This document shows, one piece after another, positions 23,701 through 37,742 of a stretch of DNA of 64,000 nucleotides. The notes under the pieces were generated by a model. The model did no database searches. It was not told where the DNA came from and worked only from the letters and a program-made list of their open reading frames with translations. Positions within the stretch are counted from its first letter, which is position 1. Every line of letters starts with the position of its first letter. The stretch is from NCBI GenBank assembly GCA_048013815.1, contig CM106585.1, forward strand, positions 21,948,001 through 22,012,000, in the 5' to 3' direction. This DNA is from Setoptus koraiensis. Its lineage: Eukaryota > Animalia > Arthropoda. The position numbers and the translations under genes are program-made.

Positions 23701-26700
23701 TCACTCGCTCGCCCAAATGCAGCAACAACATTTACCAAAATACCCGCTCACAACAAGCGAGATTCACATTGGTTAGCTCACAAAAATATGTCCTGTCTCT
23801 GTTGTCAAATTTGTTTTGTTTTGTTGGTGTGCCCGGCATATGCATGCATGCACTATGTAAGTGTATGCGTGAGTGTCCTTGTTGAGCCGCTCGGATTGCG
23901 GCCCGACGGTGCGGATTGGCACGACGGCTCGTCAAATGCCGTTTGCCCGGCAGCGGCTGTGGGCGCCCTTCAATTCGAAGGGCGCCCGTCATTGGCAGCC
24001 TGTATTACACGTTTATGGTTTTAGCAGTTGGCAGTTTTAGTGTTTGGTGGTTTCGGTGTTTGCCAGTTTGAGCACCGGGCAGTTTGAGTATTCGGCAGTT
24101 TGAGTATTCGGCAATCTGAGTATTTGGTATTGCGAGTGGTCAGTGGTGGCCGGACTGGAGCACGGGTTGTGTACACAGTCCGACAGCTGCCCGAGCTTAC
24201 GTAATGAGAGAGATGCCTCACCTGTGTTTGTGGCTGTCGTTGTTGCCGTTATTGTTGCCATTTTGGTGCCTGACAGGCTCGTCAACTCACTCAAAACTGT
24301 CCCGTTTTGGAGCTATGATAAACAGGCGAAAGACAGGCGAAAAACCGGCCTTTTCGGGCGATTATTGGCCATATTATTCCATTCCGTCTTATCGCAGTGG
24401 GCATCGTTATTCAGTCTTATTGCGGCTACCGTGAGTGCAAGTGAGTGCAAGTGTGTCTTGGTGCAAGAGCACACGGCCCAGGCCTGAAGAGAGCCGCACA
24501 AAATAACGGTATTTGCGAGAAACTTTTCCGACCATTGGCGCACTTTTCCATCCGATCATCCAATATATTTGCCAATATAAAGCGAGCCAGATGGTTAGTT
24601 AGCGAGACCACAATAGTTAGATTTAAATAGTTAGTTAGTGTAAGGTGGACAAAACATGCACATTCATTACGTTGCACCGCTCGCCAATGGACGGGCGGCA
24701 GCTGACCAATGTCCAGTTATTGTGGCCACATCAACAGCAACAGCAACAACAACAATAACTGTTATTGTATTACTTATACATTATTGCTACTATCTGTCTC
24801 GGCAACGAAGGAGCGTACGATCGGCCACAATTACCTGTTGTTGGCAATGCCACAGCAATGATAATAGTAATGCCAATAGCCCGTCTCTCTGTCCGTCCAG
24901 CTGTCCAGCTATCCAAGCAGCCACTAAAAGAGCCACTCAAACGGCTACCCGAGGAGCTACCCAAAGAGATGGATGGCCAATTGCAATTTGGCATTTCCGT
25001 CATGTCCATCAATCACTTCTAACTCGAGCGAGCTCGCCCGTTGCTTCGCCGAGCCGGGCCAGGCCGCCGGCGCTAGCTCAATGTTGCCTCCTCTCGAATG
25101 CTTTCTCACCTGGCCGCCAGTCGCACCATTGTGCGGCTCACATTATACAATTGTCAGGCCAACTGCCAGCCAGTGCCGGCACACAAGCAACAACCCGCTG
25201 CCAACTTGCAACTATAACATGTGTCAACGGCGTGTATCAATATCAGACGGTTTGCGTCAAGTGCAACGCCGCTCGTCCGGTCATATTGACAAACAAACAA
25301 TCGACACTTGTCAGCCACTTGCCCGGCCACTCGCAAACTCGGCCAACAGCTGACTTGCCAAGCCGACCAACAGCTGACTTGCCAGGCTGGCCATCAGCTG
25401 ACTCGCTTGGACCGATTGCAGTTGATATGATTTGATTGGCGGCCAATATCCAATATCATGTTTATTTATTGGTCAACCGGTGTCAATCGGTCTCTGCCAC
25501 ATCGACGGCTATCCTCGCCCGAGTTGCACTCGATCGGTCCGAGCTGGAGGCAACGAAAAATTGTGGCCATATCAATATTACGGCCAGCGACATACACAAA
25601 CATCCACTGCTGACACTAGAATCTAGTATCTAGTGACTAGATACTGACCGATGGTCAAGCTTCACTCAAATCGCGATTCACTCGTGAATCACGACATGCT
25701 GTTCGGATATTCATGACTCACGATTCATGAATCATGAATCTTGAGCATTTGCAAAACTGGTGAATACTCTATCTGGTCCGTGTGTTCGGTCTGAATGTGG
25801 TTGCCTATGGTTGCAGTCCAGGTTCACTTGTGAAGCTTCACGAAAACCGCACCGGTCAATCCGACATTTGGGCCAACGAGTGGCCACTGGCCACTGGACA
25901 AGCAAACTATCCACGGGTGAATTTGAACTTTTGAGTCGCGTTTTTTGTGTTTTTTGTGTTTGTGTTGGCTCGTTGCTCTTACATGGTAACTTACCATTGG
26001 TAAGTTTAGCTTTCCCGAAGAACGGTAAATTTGTGACAATCGCAACTCTATCACCAATGGACCATTAGATAACTGTCCAGGTAAACATGGCGCTTCCTAC
26101 GGCCAGCCTATGGTTTGAATGGTCAATTGGTCAGCCGGTTGGCCGGTCGGTGGCCAGTTGATCAGTTGGGCCAGTTGAACCGGCTCATGTCAATGGGTGT
26201 CTCTGTGGATGTTGTCGATGCCAACTGTTTGTTGGCAAACTTTGTTTCCATCGACAAAAGTTATCGTCCTTCGAGGCGATCTGCTCAAGTTTGAATCGAT
26301 CCGCTGCCAGTCAACTAATCAACTTGACTGAGATAGCATCACAGTGCTGGATACAGTGTATTTGGAATCATGTTATTTGTACTTGCTGCATTCTCTTTCT
26401 TATGGTTGCATTGTTAACGACCAACGATTAAATGCGAGCCAACATTGTTATTTCCACAATTATTCAAATGGCAAGAGACGATGCGAAGAAGCGGCCGAAG
26501 AAGCGATCGAAGAAGCGACCGAAGAAGCGACCGAAGAAGCGGCGGCAGAAAAAGAGGCAAGAAGCCGAAGAAAATTAAGCAGAAAAAAGGTATGGTGTCT
26601 GAATGATTGCATGCATCGCAATGCATCGAATGCATTCAACAGAGATTATATGTCAAATATAGCACGATACAGAGAATGGATGCTCGCCGGCTCGGCGTTG

Positions 26701-27382
26701 AGATTTAAATAAATTCTCGCATCTCTATTCACCTGTCTCGTCTCATGTTGTCCAATTGTGACTCGGTGGCCTGAGTGCAACACTTGACTTGTTGTTGTTG
26801 TTGTTGTTGTTCTGAGAATTCATAGAACAGGTTGAACCGTCGTTCGTTTGTCAGTGGGCATTGTTGTTTTGCCTAAGCACTTGATTAATCGTTGCATGTT
26901 GTATTATTATTTACAGTGGTAGGTATATGCGCACGGTATTTATACATAGACACATACACAGATTTATACAGAGATTTTGTGCGAAGAAAAACAATAGTTC
27001 AATGAGGCCAACGGACGCACCACCAACGAGCTGTCGCTTGGTGGTGGCTTATTTTGGGGGCATGCCATTTGGGAAGAACGCCACAGCCAAGACAATGAGA
27101 CTCTGGCAACAATTACCCAAAGTGACGGGCTGTGGGCAAAAACGAGTGATTAATCATTTGCAAAATACCGGCACAATCCGATCGTTATCGGGCTATGCAA
27201 ATCACAGTTATCATTGATTGATGCGCGCCATTTATACGCTATTGTCGCTTGCTTTGTCATATCGGCTTGGATGTGTCAGTTTGATTAGAGTTTCAGTTGA
27301 CGACTCGACTCGACGATCCGACTCGATGATTCGAGTTAGTGATTCGAGTTTGTGATTCGAGCTGCCAGTGACCAATTAGCGG

Positions 27383-29577
27383 CTACCTCCAGCGGTTGTT
27401 GTCGCACGACATCAGGCTAGTGGCTTGCTCTGCAGGCTCCTCCCCAATGCGATGCGTCAGGTAAAACATGTAGACAGTTCCGTTGAGATAGGTGAATACG
27501 AACAAGATTACTGTGGCCATCCAGCTGAAAATCTGGAAAAAAAGCGTCACAATTACGTATCAAAATACGTGATACAAATGATGCTGATCATTGAAGTTTG
27601 TTAGATCATCATTGACAAATGATAACAAAACAAATAGTTGTTACTCACGGTCAGACAGCTCGCTCTCGTAATGGTGAAATCGAGCAGCAGCTTAAAGCCG
27701 CAATTGTCGAGAATGTCCATTGTCGTGTTGATTATCTTTTGATGCTGCCAAAATATTCTGTTCAATTGAGTGTCACTAGATTTGATCAATCTCGCATGAA
27801 TTGACTCAATTTGATCATGAACACGACTCGCATAATACAAATAAAGCAAAATCTCCGCTATGTTCAGTGCCCCAATTAATATCTCAACAGGCGTAATGAG
27901 AATATTGTATGTTTTTGCAGTCACAATTGTAACAGTTAGCACAAACATAAATGAACGAAATGCCAAATCAACTGTATACAATAAATTCCAGCTTCTACTG
28001 GCCTTCTCTAATGCATGTATCGTCTTGTGAAATTGCCACAATATCTCACGCTCTCTAGACAATAATTCATTGATGCTTGCCATTAATTGAGGCTCAATTT
28101 TAATAATGGGCAGCGAGTGCCGCTGTCGCACACTCTGCTCCATCATTAATTGCGACCAAGCTGTGGCATTTTCGGCATTTTCGGCACTTCCGGTTCGGGC
28201 TATTTTTGTCCCACTATTATTGTTATTGTCATTCATATTATTGGTTTTGGTTGTGCATTCATGGAAATGTACGAATGAACGAGAATGAGTAACGCAACTC
28301 TGAGACAGTTTGCTGGATCGGTGAGGCTTGCCGAAGAAAAATCTATCGTTTTTCATCGTGAGTGTGCCTGGCGACCCCAAACCAAAGTGATCGTATTTTC
28401 TGGGTAAGCGGGTTGTTTCTTCGATGATATGTTCGCTCAATTTGTCCAGTTTGTTACGAACTGTGTTATATCTCTCCAAAGAAGATCTTAATGTTACGTG
28501 AAAATATCCTGTCACAATGGAACATTTGAACAGATTCCAACTAGTTGAGGCAAACGCAATTATAGTGGCACTATTTAATAGGAAACAAAAGTTTGATTGA
28601 GCATTCGGATAATCCAGCCTGAACCAGTGTTCCCAGAAACTGTTGTTTGTGCCGTTCGCAAGGTTGGCATTGTCGACAAATCGCATCTTATTGTCGCCAG
28701 GCTCAAATGAGAAGTTCCAATTGGATGGAGTTCTGGTCGTCATGGGAATCCCTATCACGGGTATCAATATTATGGTGCCTACCAAGAGCAGCCAAGTGAG
28801 TCGTAGCAATCTATATACGATGCTTATTTGCCATTCAGGAAATCTCCCCGTAAGCGGCTTGCAACTAGTAAGCGGCTTGCAACTAGTAAGTTGGCCCTCA
28901 TCGACACTGTGCCTTTCTATATCTTTTGTTGCTTTTTGTCTAGTTACATTTCGCCAATCAATTTTTGTTTCTGTCACTGAAGTCTCCACTAGGGAATTTG
29001 TGGCGCCAACAGGACAGCTCGATTTGCATAATTTATTTTTTTTAATATTATTGTCTTGCGACAATTTTATATTGTCTAATAGTTTGAATTGATCATCTAA
29101 AAATGTTCTAAACCAATTCAATTGTTCTTCTCGTTGATCTTTGCCCCCGGCTAGCCCGCCATCAATCCAAATCTTCAAGCAAGCATAAACGTGGCTCATC
29201 ATGCCCAACAAATTCAGTGATCTGGCGCGTGAATAATGAAACAATCCGTCGCATGACAAATAAGATAATTGAGCGTCTCTACTAATCATAAATTTAAATC
29301 TCATTCTAATCATAACTAAATTCACTATAAATGCAACAATAACAAACAAATCACAAGCGAGATTTCTGTATTTCCGCTTCGTTTCTCTCAGGTTATCTTG
29401 TTGAATTGATACGCTCGACCAGTCAACGAGCATGAGCATAAATTTAAAGGCATACAAATTGATTTTGCCAAACGGTGCCATAAATACTGTCTTATCACTA
29501 TATTCATCATCCTGCTGCTCGTTGTCATGTCCTTCCTCTTTCGGGTCTGTCTTACTGCTGCTGATTAATTCTTTCAT
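27383..29577 (-). CDS. Gustatory-receptor-like (7TM chemoreceptor, GR/GRL) protein, 2 exons, 692 aa
   Basis: Exon 1 is 29577-27649 and exon 2 is 27532-27383. The intron (27648-27533) is GTGAGT...TTTTTTCCAG, 116 bp, phase 0. The spliced C-terminus GFKLLLDFTITRASCLT|IFSWMATVILFVFTYL resembles GR TM7, and there are several hydrophobic segments. An acceptor-like TTGTTTTTCAG lies just upstream of the ATG. Confidence 0.7.
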
Positions 29578-32500
29578 CACTGAAAAACAAATCAACTGAT
29601 TGACTATTCAATCGATTAATCAATTAACTAACTAGCTAATGTCGACCCTCATTAGCATAACGCTTCTTCGCCATGTCTGTGTTTTCTTTGTTTAACTAAT
29701 TTCTCCGGCAGTGTGGTCGTAAATGCAGGCCCGCAGTTCAACTCTTTGCCATGAGTGTACAGCGAACCTCGAATAAATTTGAATAATTAAGCTGACCTTG
29801 ATATATTCATCATTATTGGTTTCATTATTGATATTGACCGATAGCTATTCATGTGCAAACGTTCCAGCTAATCATTGATATGATGCCTATCCATATCTGA
29901 ATAAACTGCCGCAAACGTGACTTTACGCTATTCAAGTGAAAACTAATGTTTTTTCAGTAAAATAATTGAATTTTCTATCAATGAAAAGTGCCAGAATACA
30001 AAATAAGAAGAAGCGCGATAAACGGAAAGCGCTTCTGAGCGGTCGCCACTGGGTCTTTCTAGAAATGGAATATCGATCGAATTCGTCAATTCACTAGGCA
30101 ACCATGGAAAACATCCTCTGCCTCTCTCTGTCTGTCTCTCTCTGTCTGTCTCTCTCTGTCTGTCTCTCTCTCTCTCTCTCTGACTGTCTCTCTCTGTCGC
30201 CCTCTGTTCATGATGACATAGCACGATAGATATCTATTTTGTGATGCGAGGTCTGTTTGGGTAGAATGACTCTAAAATTGGATCAATTCTAGAGTAATTC
30301 ACACCAATAATAGACCGAGATATGAACAAGATTCGAGGTTAAATCGCATTATTCATGTTTATTTGAGTCTGACATGATAGTGCCTAATTGAAGCGAGCAT
30401 TGTGAATGCATGCCCGGTGTATCGTGCACGCTACGAAAACGATTTTTAACTGAAAAATCAGAGCGAAGAGCCCCTTCGAGGGAAATATAGTGCCGCGCTA
30501 TAGCGTGCTAGAACGATTTCGGAGATCCGTCAGAAAAATGAACAAAAACGTAATTTGTAATGAACCTTTTCAGGGGTTTCCGGCGAATATCGAGACATTT
30601 GGAAAATGTACGAATGACAGAGATCTTGTCATGCTTTACATTTATCATTCGCTTGGTTGTCGCGAGTCAAAACAGTCTTCAGTACATATAGCGATCGAAA
30701 TATTAGCGCCAGAGTGTGCATATGGAAATGCATTTACAGAATGGCTTGACTCTTATTGACTCGACTTGAGGTCGACCAACGATAAAACTAACGACAAAAT
30801 CATGGAGTGAATACTTTTTTGGATTGAATATTTTTCTGTGGCACAGAATCTGTGCCCATTTTGAGGTGTTTGTGTGCACCCGGCGTAGTAAAAAGCTTTA
30901 CACTTTGTCAGCTCAACTAACCGTCAGACTGGTGTCATTGCTCACCTGTCAGAACAACAAAAATTGCACGACAGTTAGTGTGATATGTCGAATTTTACAC
31001 TGCAAGTCATACGATGCAACTTGTATCCGGTTGTCATGTGCACCGGCGATGGCCATCATTTGCTAGATGTTTTGCATGGCAAACTTCCTCTTGGCGGCCA
31101 ACGGCGAAAAGCAACACAACTGTGAGTTGGTCGCAAACAAGCTATGTCGTCAACAAATATTGACGGACATGGACAAATTTATAATAATATTGTGTCGCAT
31201 GGATGGCATCGACTGCACAGGAGGACAGGTGAAGTTGGACAAATTTCTAGTTTCAACGGTGGTAATGGGTGGCAAACGAAAACAGTTGCGTATAGCGATA
31301 GTTGTTTTTGGTGGCGAGAGTTGGTTTGTTGTAATCAAGAGAGAATACATTGGAAATTGCAACAAACACGGCCAAACCCATGGGCTGAAACTATTTTCAA
31401 GTGAAGCCGTTGCACGAGTCAAGTACGAACCAACTTAAGACCAAATTAAGACACTATTTATAACACCATTATATTGGTATTGGCAATGCGATTGCTCACT
31501 CGACAATGATTGGTCAGTGCAACGAATGGCGGCATTGATAATATTGCTAATATAATATTAATATAATATTAGTTTGTGCTGTTAATATTGCCGTGTTAAC
31601 AGATAGACATGACCCAGATAAAGTCCGGTGGCGAGTTGAAAATAATTGTATCATGAACTAGACAGAGCGACTTACTTTTCGATTGTTGTGTGCTTAGGCG
31701 ATTTGCTGGTCAGCAAGGGTAAAGTTTGTTGGCAGCGGCAGCGGCGGCAGCAGCAGCAGCAGAGGCAATAAAAATGATAATAATAATGATCGATTTATAA
31801 ATAGTAAATAAATAGTGAATAGTTGGTAGGCAAATAGAAAAAGATTTATTTATACAAGAGTGGGGTTATTATTTTGTTGTGGCCGGTTCACAATACAACG
31901 GCAACACTTGTAGACACAAAAATCAAATTGAATCCATGTATCACACCCTGTTTGTAGTTGGCCTGCGATTTGGCAGTTGAGTTGTGAGATTTGAAACGGA
32001 GCTTGCAGTCTAACGGACCATTGACGGCATATAGTGACCGTATGGATATAGTCAGTTTATGGCTAAAGTCGGTGTATACACATGCACTCTGCCGGCAATG
32101 GAAACAAGCGAAGCGCGTCGAGATAATGTAGACCGAGAGAAAGTTTTATTTATATTTGTATTTGTATTCTCATATAAAGTGTGTCTCGACGAGTGTGTGC
32201 TCAAGTTGCTGGCAAGACACTGGCACAATTGGCAGCCAGCAATAGCCGCTCTGTAGAGCATGACGACGATGATGAGAGTGATGTGGGCACGATGACACGC
32301 AACAAATGATTTTGCAAATAGCACACTTATTGTGTATTATGTAACTTGCATTCATCATGAGTTGTTGTCACCCATTACGCCGGTCATTATAACGCCTGCC
32401 AGAAGCAATATAATAATAATAATAATAATATTGGCAATATATTAACGTTATATAATAATGTAATGGACAGTGGTGTGCAAAAAGCGCAAACAAGTGCGCC

Positions 32501-35494
32501 AACCGACAAACTAGCTACTACTACAAACAGGCAGATGCTGGTATTTAGATTTGAATTTAAATTTAAACTTGGCCGGCCGGCTGACTTTCACCGGCGACCC
32601 ATGGCATGGCTTACGTAATAGATTTTAACGTCAAATGCCCGTTTGATGCCCATCACTCATGTTGGCATCGCTCATTTACTATTTGATTTGGCTGTTTGGG
32701 CTATTTTTAAAATTAACAACAACTGCTCAATTGGTGGCAACAATGTGCATTGTATTCAAATGATGCTCCCTCTTGGGCTACTTCAACTGCCTCATTTGCC
32801 TACAATGCTTTTTATTGTGCTGAATTAACGCTACTAGATGCCAGTGGCCAGTAACACAACACACATAACGGCTCCATGCCTCGGAAATTTGGATTTTCCA
32901 CTCGCTGGTCAAGCAGAGATACCGACGCAAACAGTGTGGCGCTGCCGGCGCGACGCCCAACAATCGCTTGGCGTCAGTTATTTGATCAGCTGATCACACC
33001 ACAGTTGCATCACACAACAAATGACAGCACAGGTGAGGTGGGCGCCCACATACCACTAGTGACACACGTCCACCTGTTGTTGTTGTTGTTGTTAATATTG
33101 GCTCATGTTGGCAACTGGTCAACTCATGGCCGAACTCAACTAACCCAACTGTTGACTATTACTGTTACGTAAGAGAGTGACCACTATGTGAGCGCTGCAA
33201 TGACGGTCATATGAGCAATAGGTGCATCATCATCAGCGACGCTGACCAGCGGCCAGTGGTCGCTGCTGACCGATTAACATTGGCGCCGTTGTTGTTGTTG
33301 TCGTGGTTGTGGTTGTTGTTGTTGCTGTTGCTGTTGCCATTGTAGTAGTGGCGTGTCCAATGTGGCCAACAATGGTCAGCTACACCGCTGGCCGGAGTAT
33401 AATAAAGATAAGCCTGCAACCACCAACTACTAGCAAGTAACAGGTAGAGGGTGGAAGGATTAAGACAAGCAACCCTGAATAAAGCCCGCTCGGCTTCTCA
33501 CTTGACAGTCACCGTTGCCGGCCAGACGCTATGACGTAAGTAATTGTGGTTTGACATCACCGAAAGCAGCAACGGCAACAACAACCAACAAACAACAACT
33601 CACGACACCGACAGCAACAGCCAGACCAGCAACAACAACAACAAACGAGAACATGCTCAGAAGCTAGAGGTAATAATAATAATTGGCGGCCGCAAAATAA
33701 CAATAGATAGCTGACCACCGCACCGCATTTCATATCTTGCATCTTGCTATATGTGGACACCACCAGCAACTGATGATGAGCTTACCTTGGCTGTGAAATG
33801 ATGCTGCTGATAAAGTGATGCAATGCGATGCGGTGTGAATTAGTGGTAGTGGTAGTTGAGTGCAAGTGAAGGCCAGACTTCACCTGAATATCAAAACCAG
33901 AGAAGAATCACTTGTGGTTGTTGCTGTTGTTGTTGCTGCTGCTGCTGGCGCTGCTGCTGATGGCTGGTGTTGGCTGTTGTTGGTGGTGCCGATGGTGCAA
34001 AGATTGTGTGGATGATTGCATTGTGTGTACCTGTCGAGCCAGTGCCTCACTCGACCGCTAACACCATAGCCCAGGCTATCAATCATGTTAGTCGGCATGG
34101 CGCTGTTGTTGTTGTACAACAACATTGTTATATAATGTGTGTATATATAATGTTACACACTCTTACAGCCATGTATGATGTAATGGTATTTGTATTACTA
34201 TTACTATTATGTGATACTTACTTAAACAATATACATGCATTAATAACTAACCTCAATCGCTCAATATCTCCATCAACTGGGCCAGCCAGTCAGTCAACTT
34301 TGTGTGTTCTTTTGCACTTTTAAACTTATACGCAACTCACAAACAACATGAGACAGCGTGAGTGTGTCAGAATAATTCAGAAGATGTCGGTCAAAATAAT
34401 TTCATGGTCAATCATAAATAATCTCATTCTCTATACTGTATCCGAATTGCAATACAACAGGTGCCAGTAACTCATGAACTGACCGCCAACTCAACTCTTC
34501 TACTCCTACAAACACACTTACAAACACATACAAACACACTGATCAACTCTCGCAATGCTCAATAAATTCAACATATCTTTCCATCGTTTCTGGCACTTTT
34601 TCAGACCAACAATCTTGCTGTCGAAAATGATTGCACTCATTACTAATACATACATTAACGTTATATAGCGTATGCTAATGACGTTAATGATAAAACCAAT
34701 GACAATCATCGCTTGTGTTTGATTATCTCGTAGTCGATTGTCTGACAAATGAGAGGCTCACCTCAGACACACGTGAACCTGAAGACAACCGTCTCTACTA
34801 AACCTCATATCGAGGGGTACAAAGTCAGGCGACAATCCCTGATCGGGTTGGCGTCAGCTCGAGCTGCAGAGCGACACAGTGGTCTAATGGGTCTAAGTCT
34901 AGATTTTCCAATAACCTCGTCCGAAATATTCTTATAAAATCCTTGCCCTATGAATGCAATTTTGTTGAGCGCACCACTTTGCGTCGAACGAATACGAAAA
35001 ACTGCAATGAACGTGCGATTATACTCAGAACACCATAGATACCGAATAGGCCAACGACAGTCTAGTCCGTCTGAGAAGGTTGCCTCGTCAGTCAGCCAAG
35101 TGTCCTTCTCCTATTTCAAACAATAGTTGTGTGATAACACCGATAGCTCGTTGGGACATGAATCAAGTACTCGTCTGTTTCCTACAAGCTGGTAATTTTT
35201 CAATAAACATGCTAGCCATCTTGTGTGGACATTTGAATACTCGATTCTGTTCATCTCCAAGGTCAACGAGGCCGTAAAAAGAGCCCCAATAAGAGATATA
35301 CTGCCAGCTTGAATATAATTTAGGTTGACCGGTTTATAGACATGGACGGCGGTGCATGAACGGTCATCCATGGGCCCTCGAATTGCGTGTATTCCGATAT
35401 ATGTGATTGTTCTCTCCTAGTAAACATTGAGTCACAAGTGCCTCCAATGTGAGTGTATATTTGGTACATGGTTTGGTGTATGGGCCCCGGCGAC

Positions 35495-35707
35495 TTTCTA
35501 GAAATATCCACGGTGGGAATGCCTCGGGGTCAATGTCAATAACAGCTGGTATGCGAACTGCACCGAATGTTAGGGAAGTTTCTGGAAAATGCTCGCACTA
35601 ACCGCGATTCTGCGCTCTTGGGCAGCTTCAAATGAAAGAGCGCGAAATTTCTGGAAAATTCCCACGCAAACGTATATAAACGAGGCGTTCGAACCAGAGT
35701 TTTCAGT
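35495..35707 (+). promoter_or_regulatory. Heat-shock promoter of sHSP gene 1
   Basis: Perfect nGAAn arrays at 35574-35588 (3 units) and 35643-35662 (4 units), TTCTAGAA at 35496-35503, TATATAAA at 35673-35680, TCAGT initiator at 35703. Confidence 0.9.
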
Positions 35708-35911
35708 ACTAACTTGCAAAGTAACAAATATACATTCACCTTCTTCAAAGACCAAATAATAAATCGACCAATCATTACCAACTCGCAAACCACTAGCAAG
35801 CACTCATCAAATAATCAAAAACGACAAAACCAACAACCCGAAACTCGTCAAAAGACAAAAAAGTATCCGAAAGTAATTGAGAGTCAACTTGTGTAAACGC
35901 ATCAAGTCAAC

Positions 35912-36514
35912 ATGTCGTGGCTTCTACGCGATCCATTCTATGACGACTTCCTCGCACCAGCGACCCGACACTATCACCGTCAACCTGTTAGAGTTCATCG
36001 ACTACCATTGTCCAGAACGGTTAATCATGATCTAATGCCAACCTTTGATCAAACTCTCAGCCAGTTGCAAAATGTTATGGATGATGTCAACACGGCTATT
36101 GGCCAATACCAGTCAGGACTGGGACGCGATCTGGGTACTGGAGGAATGAAGACAACTCGCACTGGAGATGGAAATCTACAAATGGCCATCGATGTCTCTC
36201 AATACAAACCTGAAGAGATCAAAGTCAGATTATGCGACGACAATCTTGTTGTCGAAGGCAAGACAGAGACGTCTGAGAATGACTCTTATCACAAGAGCGA
36301 ATTCAAGCGATGGCTCAAGCTGCCCGCTGACTGCAAACACGAGGCTATTAAGTCAACACTAACACCGGACAGAAAGCTTCTCATTGAGGTTCCAATGCTG
36401 AAACCAATAGCTGACAATCGGTCGCGAACAATTCCTATTGAAGTTCAACAGAAACCGGCAGTCGAATCGGCCCAGGATGGTGACAAGCAACAAGGCGATG
36501 CCACCAAAAAGTAA
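35912..36514 (+). CDS. Small heat-shock protein (HSP20/alpha-crystallin family), 200 aa, intronless
   Basis: Alpha-crystallin domain (IDVSQYKPEEIKV...VVEGK...FKRWLKLP...IKSTLTPDRKLLIEVP), C-terminal I-P-I motif, N-terminal RDPF, HSE promoter, AATAAA at 36689. Confidence 0.95.
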   Translation: MSWLLRDPFYDDFLAPATRHYHRQPVRVHRLPLSRTVNHDLMPTFDQTLSQLQNVMDDVNTAIGQYQSGLGRDLGTGGMKTTRTGDGNLQMAIDVSQYKPEEIKVRLCDDNLVVEGKTETSENDSYHKSEFKRWLKLPADCKHEAIKSTLTPDRKLLIEVPMLKPIADNRSRTIPIEVQQKPAVESAQDGDKQQGDATKK

Positions 36515-37397
36515 AAATTATGATCTCGCCAACCTGCAAGCAAGAGTGAGACATCGAAAACGACCAGCATTGCTATTTAAATCTATGTAAAAATTGTCTA
36601 CTCATATCATTAATCTCCATCTTTGTCTCAGGTATCAGTTTACTACAATGATATTACGAAAAAATAAGATGTAGTACCTAGAACAGTCAATAAAAGTATC
36701 ATATACAATATAAATAATTCCGAACAACACCTTGTCTCTTCTTTTATGCTTCTTGTGAAATTAGGTTGCTGTAACAAATATGGCATGAGATCACCTGAAT
36801 GATCTTGTGGTCAGCTAGAGGTTCGGTAAAATTCCAGTAAGACTCCATTGTGAGTCGCTTCACACCGATACCGGTCTGTGTCCTTCAATTAGAGTGTGGG
36901 GTCATAGAATGTTCCTCATTTTGTGATAATATGAGGCCAGTAGATATTTGAATGAATTTTGCGTGGTTTCAGAATGCTCGTTGTATCGGCTATATTTGTA
37001 TTGATTTCACTCACACAATTTATGCGATATCACTTGCTGTAGAGCACTCTGAATAACACTCTAAAACAACCGTTTCGATATTTTTGGGGCGGAGGTCATC
37101 CGAGATGACTTATGCGACCATAATCTGTGTCCCCTGTAACCTCTTTTTAGTGAGACAACCGAAGTCTAGCTGGAGCGAGTTGAGTCGAAGAAGTAAAGGT
37201 TTTCTTCCGTCTCAACGTTAGAATATTCATAGAGACAAATGGTAGCAAGACGAAGCGTCAAACCAAGTCGGGTATTAATTTTTTCATAAATACAGTATGC
37301 TTCAGAAAGATATACTTCTTTACTGACAAGAGAATATTGTGAGAATTGATATCGTGGATATAGAGGCCCTTATTCATGAACTTTCGCTGACAAGTAT

Positions 37398-37516
37398 TTT
37401 CGTGAACTTTCCCGAAAGCATCTTTTTCGTGAACATTCGCGCGTGAATATCTTGTGCACAGCGAATTTGACTGAAAGGGCGCGAAATTTCTCGAAACTTC
37501 TCTCGCAAGTATATAT
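37398..37516 (+). promoter_or_regulatory. Heat-shock promoter of sHSP gene 2
   Basis: HSE arrays at 37398-37417 (4 units), 37425-37439 (3 units) and 37482-37501 (4 units); TATATAT at 37510-37516. Confidence 0.9.
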
Positions 37517-37742
37517 GTTGCGATCGCTGGCCAGCTCAAGTCATATTCTCAAGTAAAAACAGAAACGACTAACAACGATCCAAGCAAGCAAACATCCACA
37601 AACAAATCCAACTCAATTCCAACATTCAACCTCAGCATTATTTTAAGCAGCTCGGAATTATTTAAAACTGCTCGAAAGCACCCAAAAAAGTACAGATACC
37701 AACTAACAACTAACAAGTAACTAAGTAATCAAGTAAATCAAC

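Noticed and set aside
2126-26712. Many 60-260-aa ORFs with poly-Leu/Val/Cys/Thr runs, including signal-peptide look-alikes (e.g. 2890-3231, 24656-25435)
   Set aside because: They are antisense or off-frame readings of CAA/CAG/TTG microsatellites or of the CABIT gene. No domains, and many start at TTG or GTG.
30490-31438. Cluster of 80-120-aa ORFs upstream of the GR-like gene
   Set aside because: No recognisable domain and no consistent splice model in any frame.
34518-34830. Possible minus-strand two-exon fragment (GTGAGC donor, TTTTCGACAG acceptor)
   Set aside because: The upstream frame hits a stop and the joined peptide resembles nothing I recognise.
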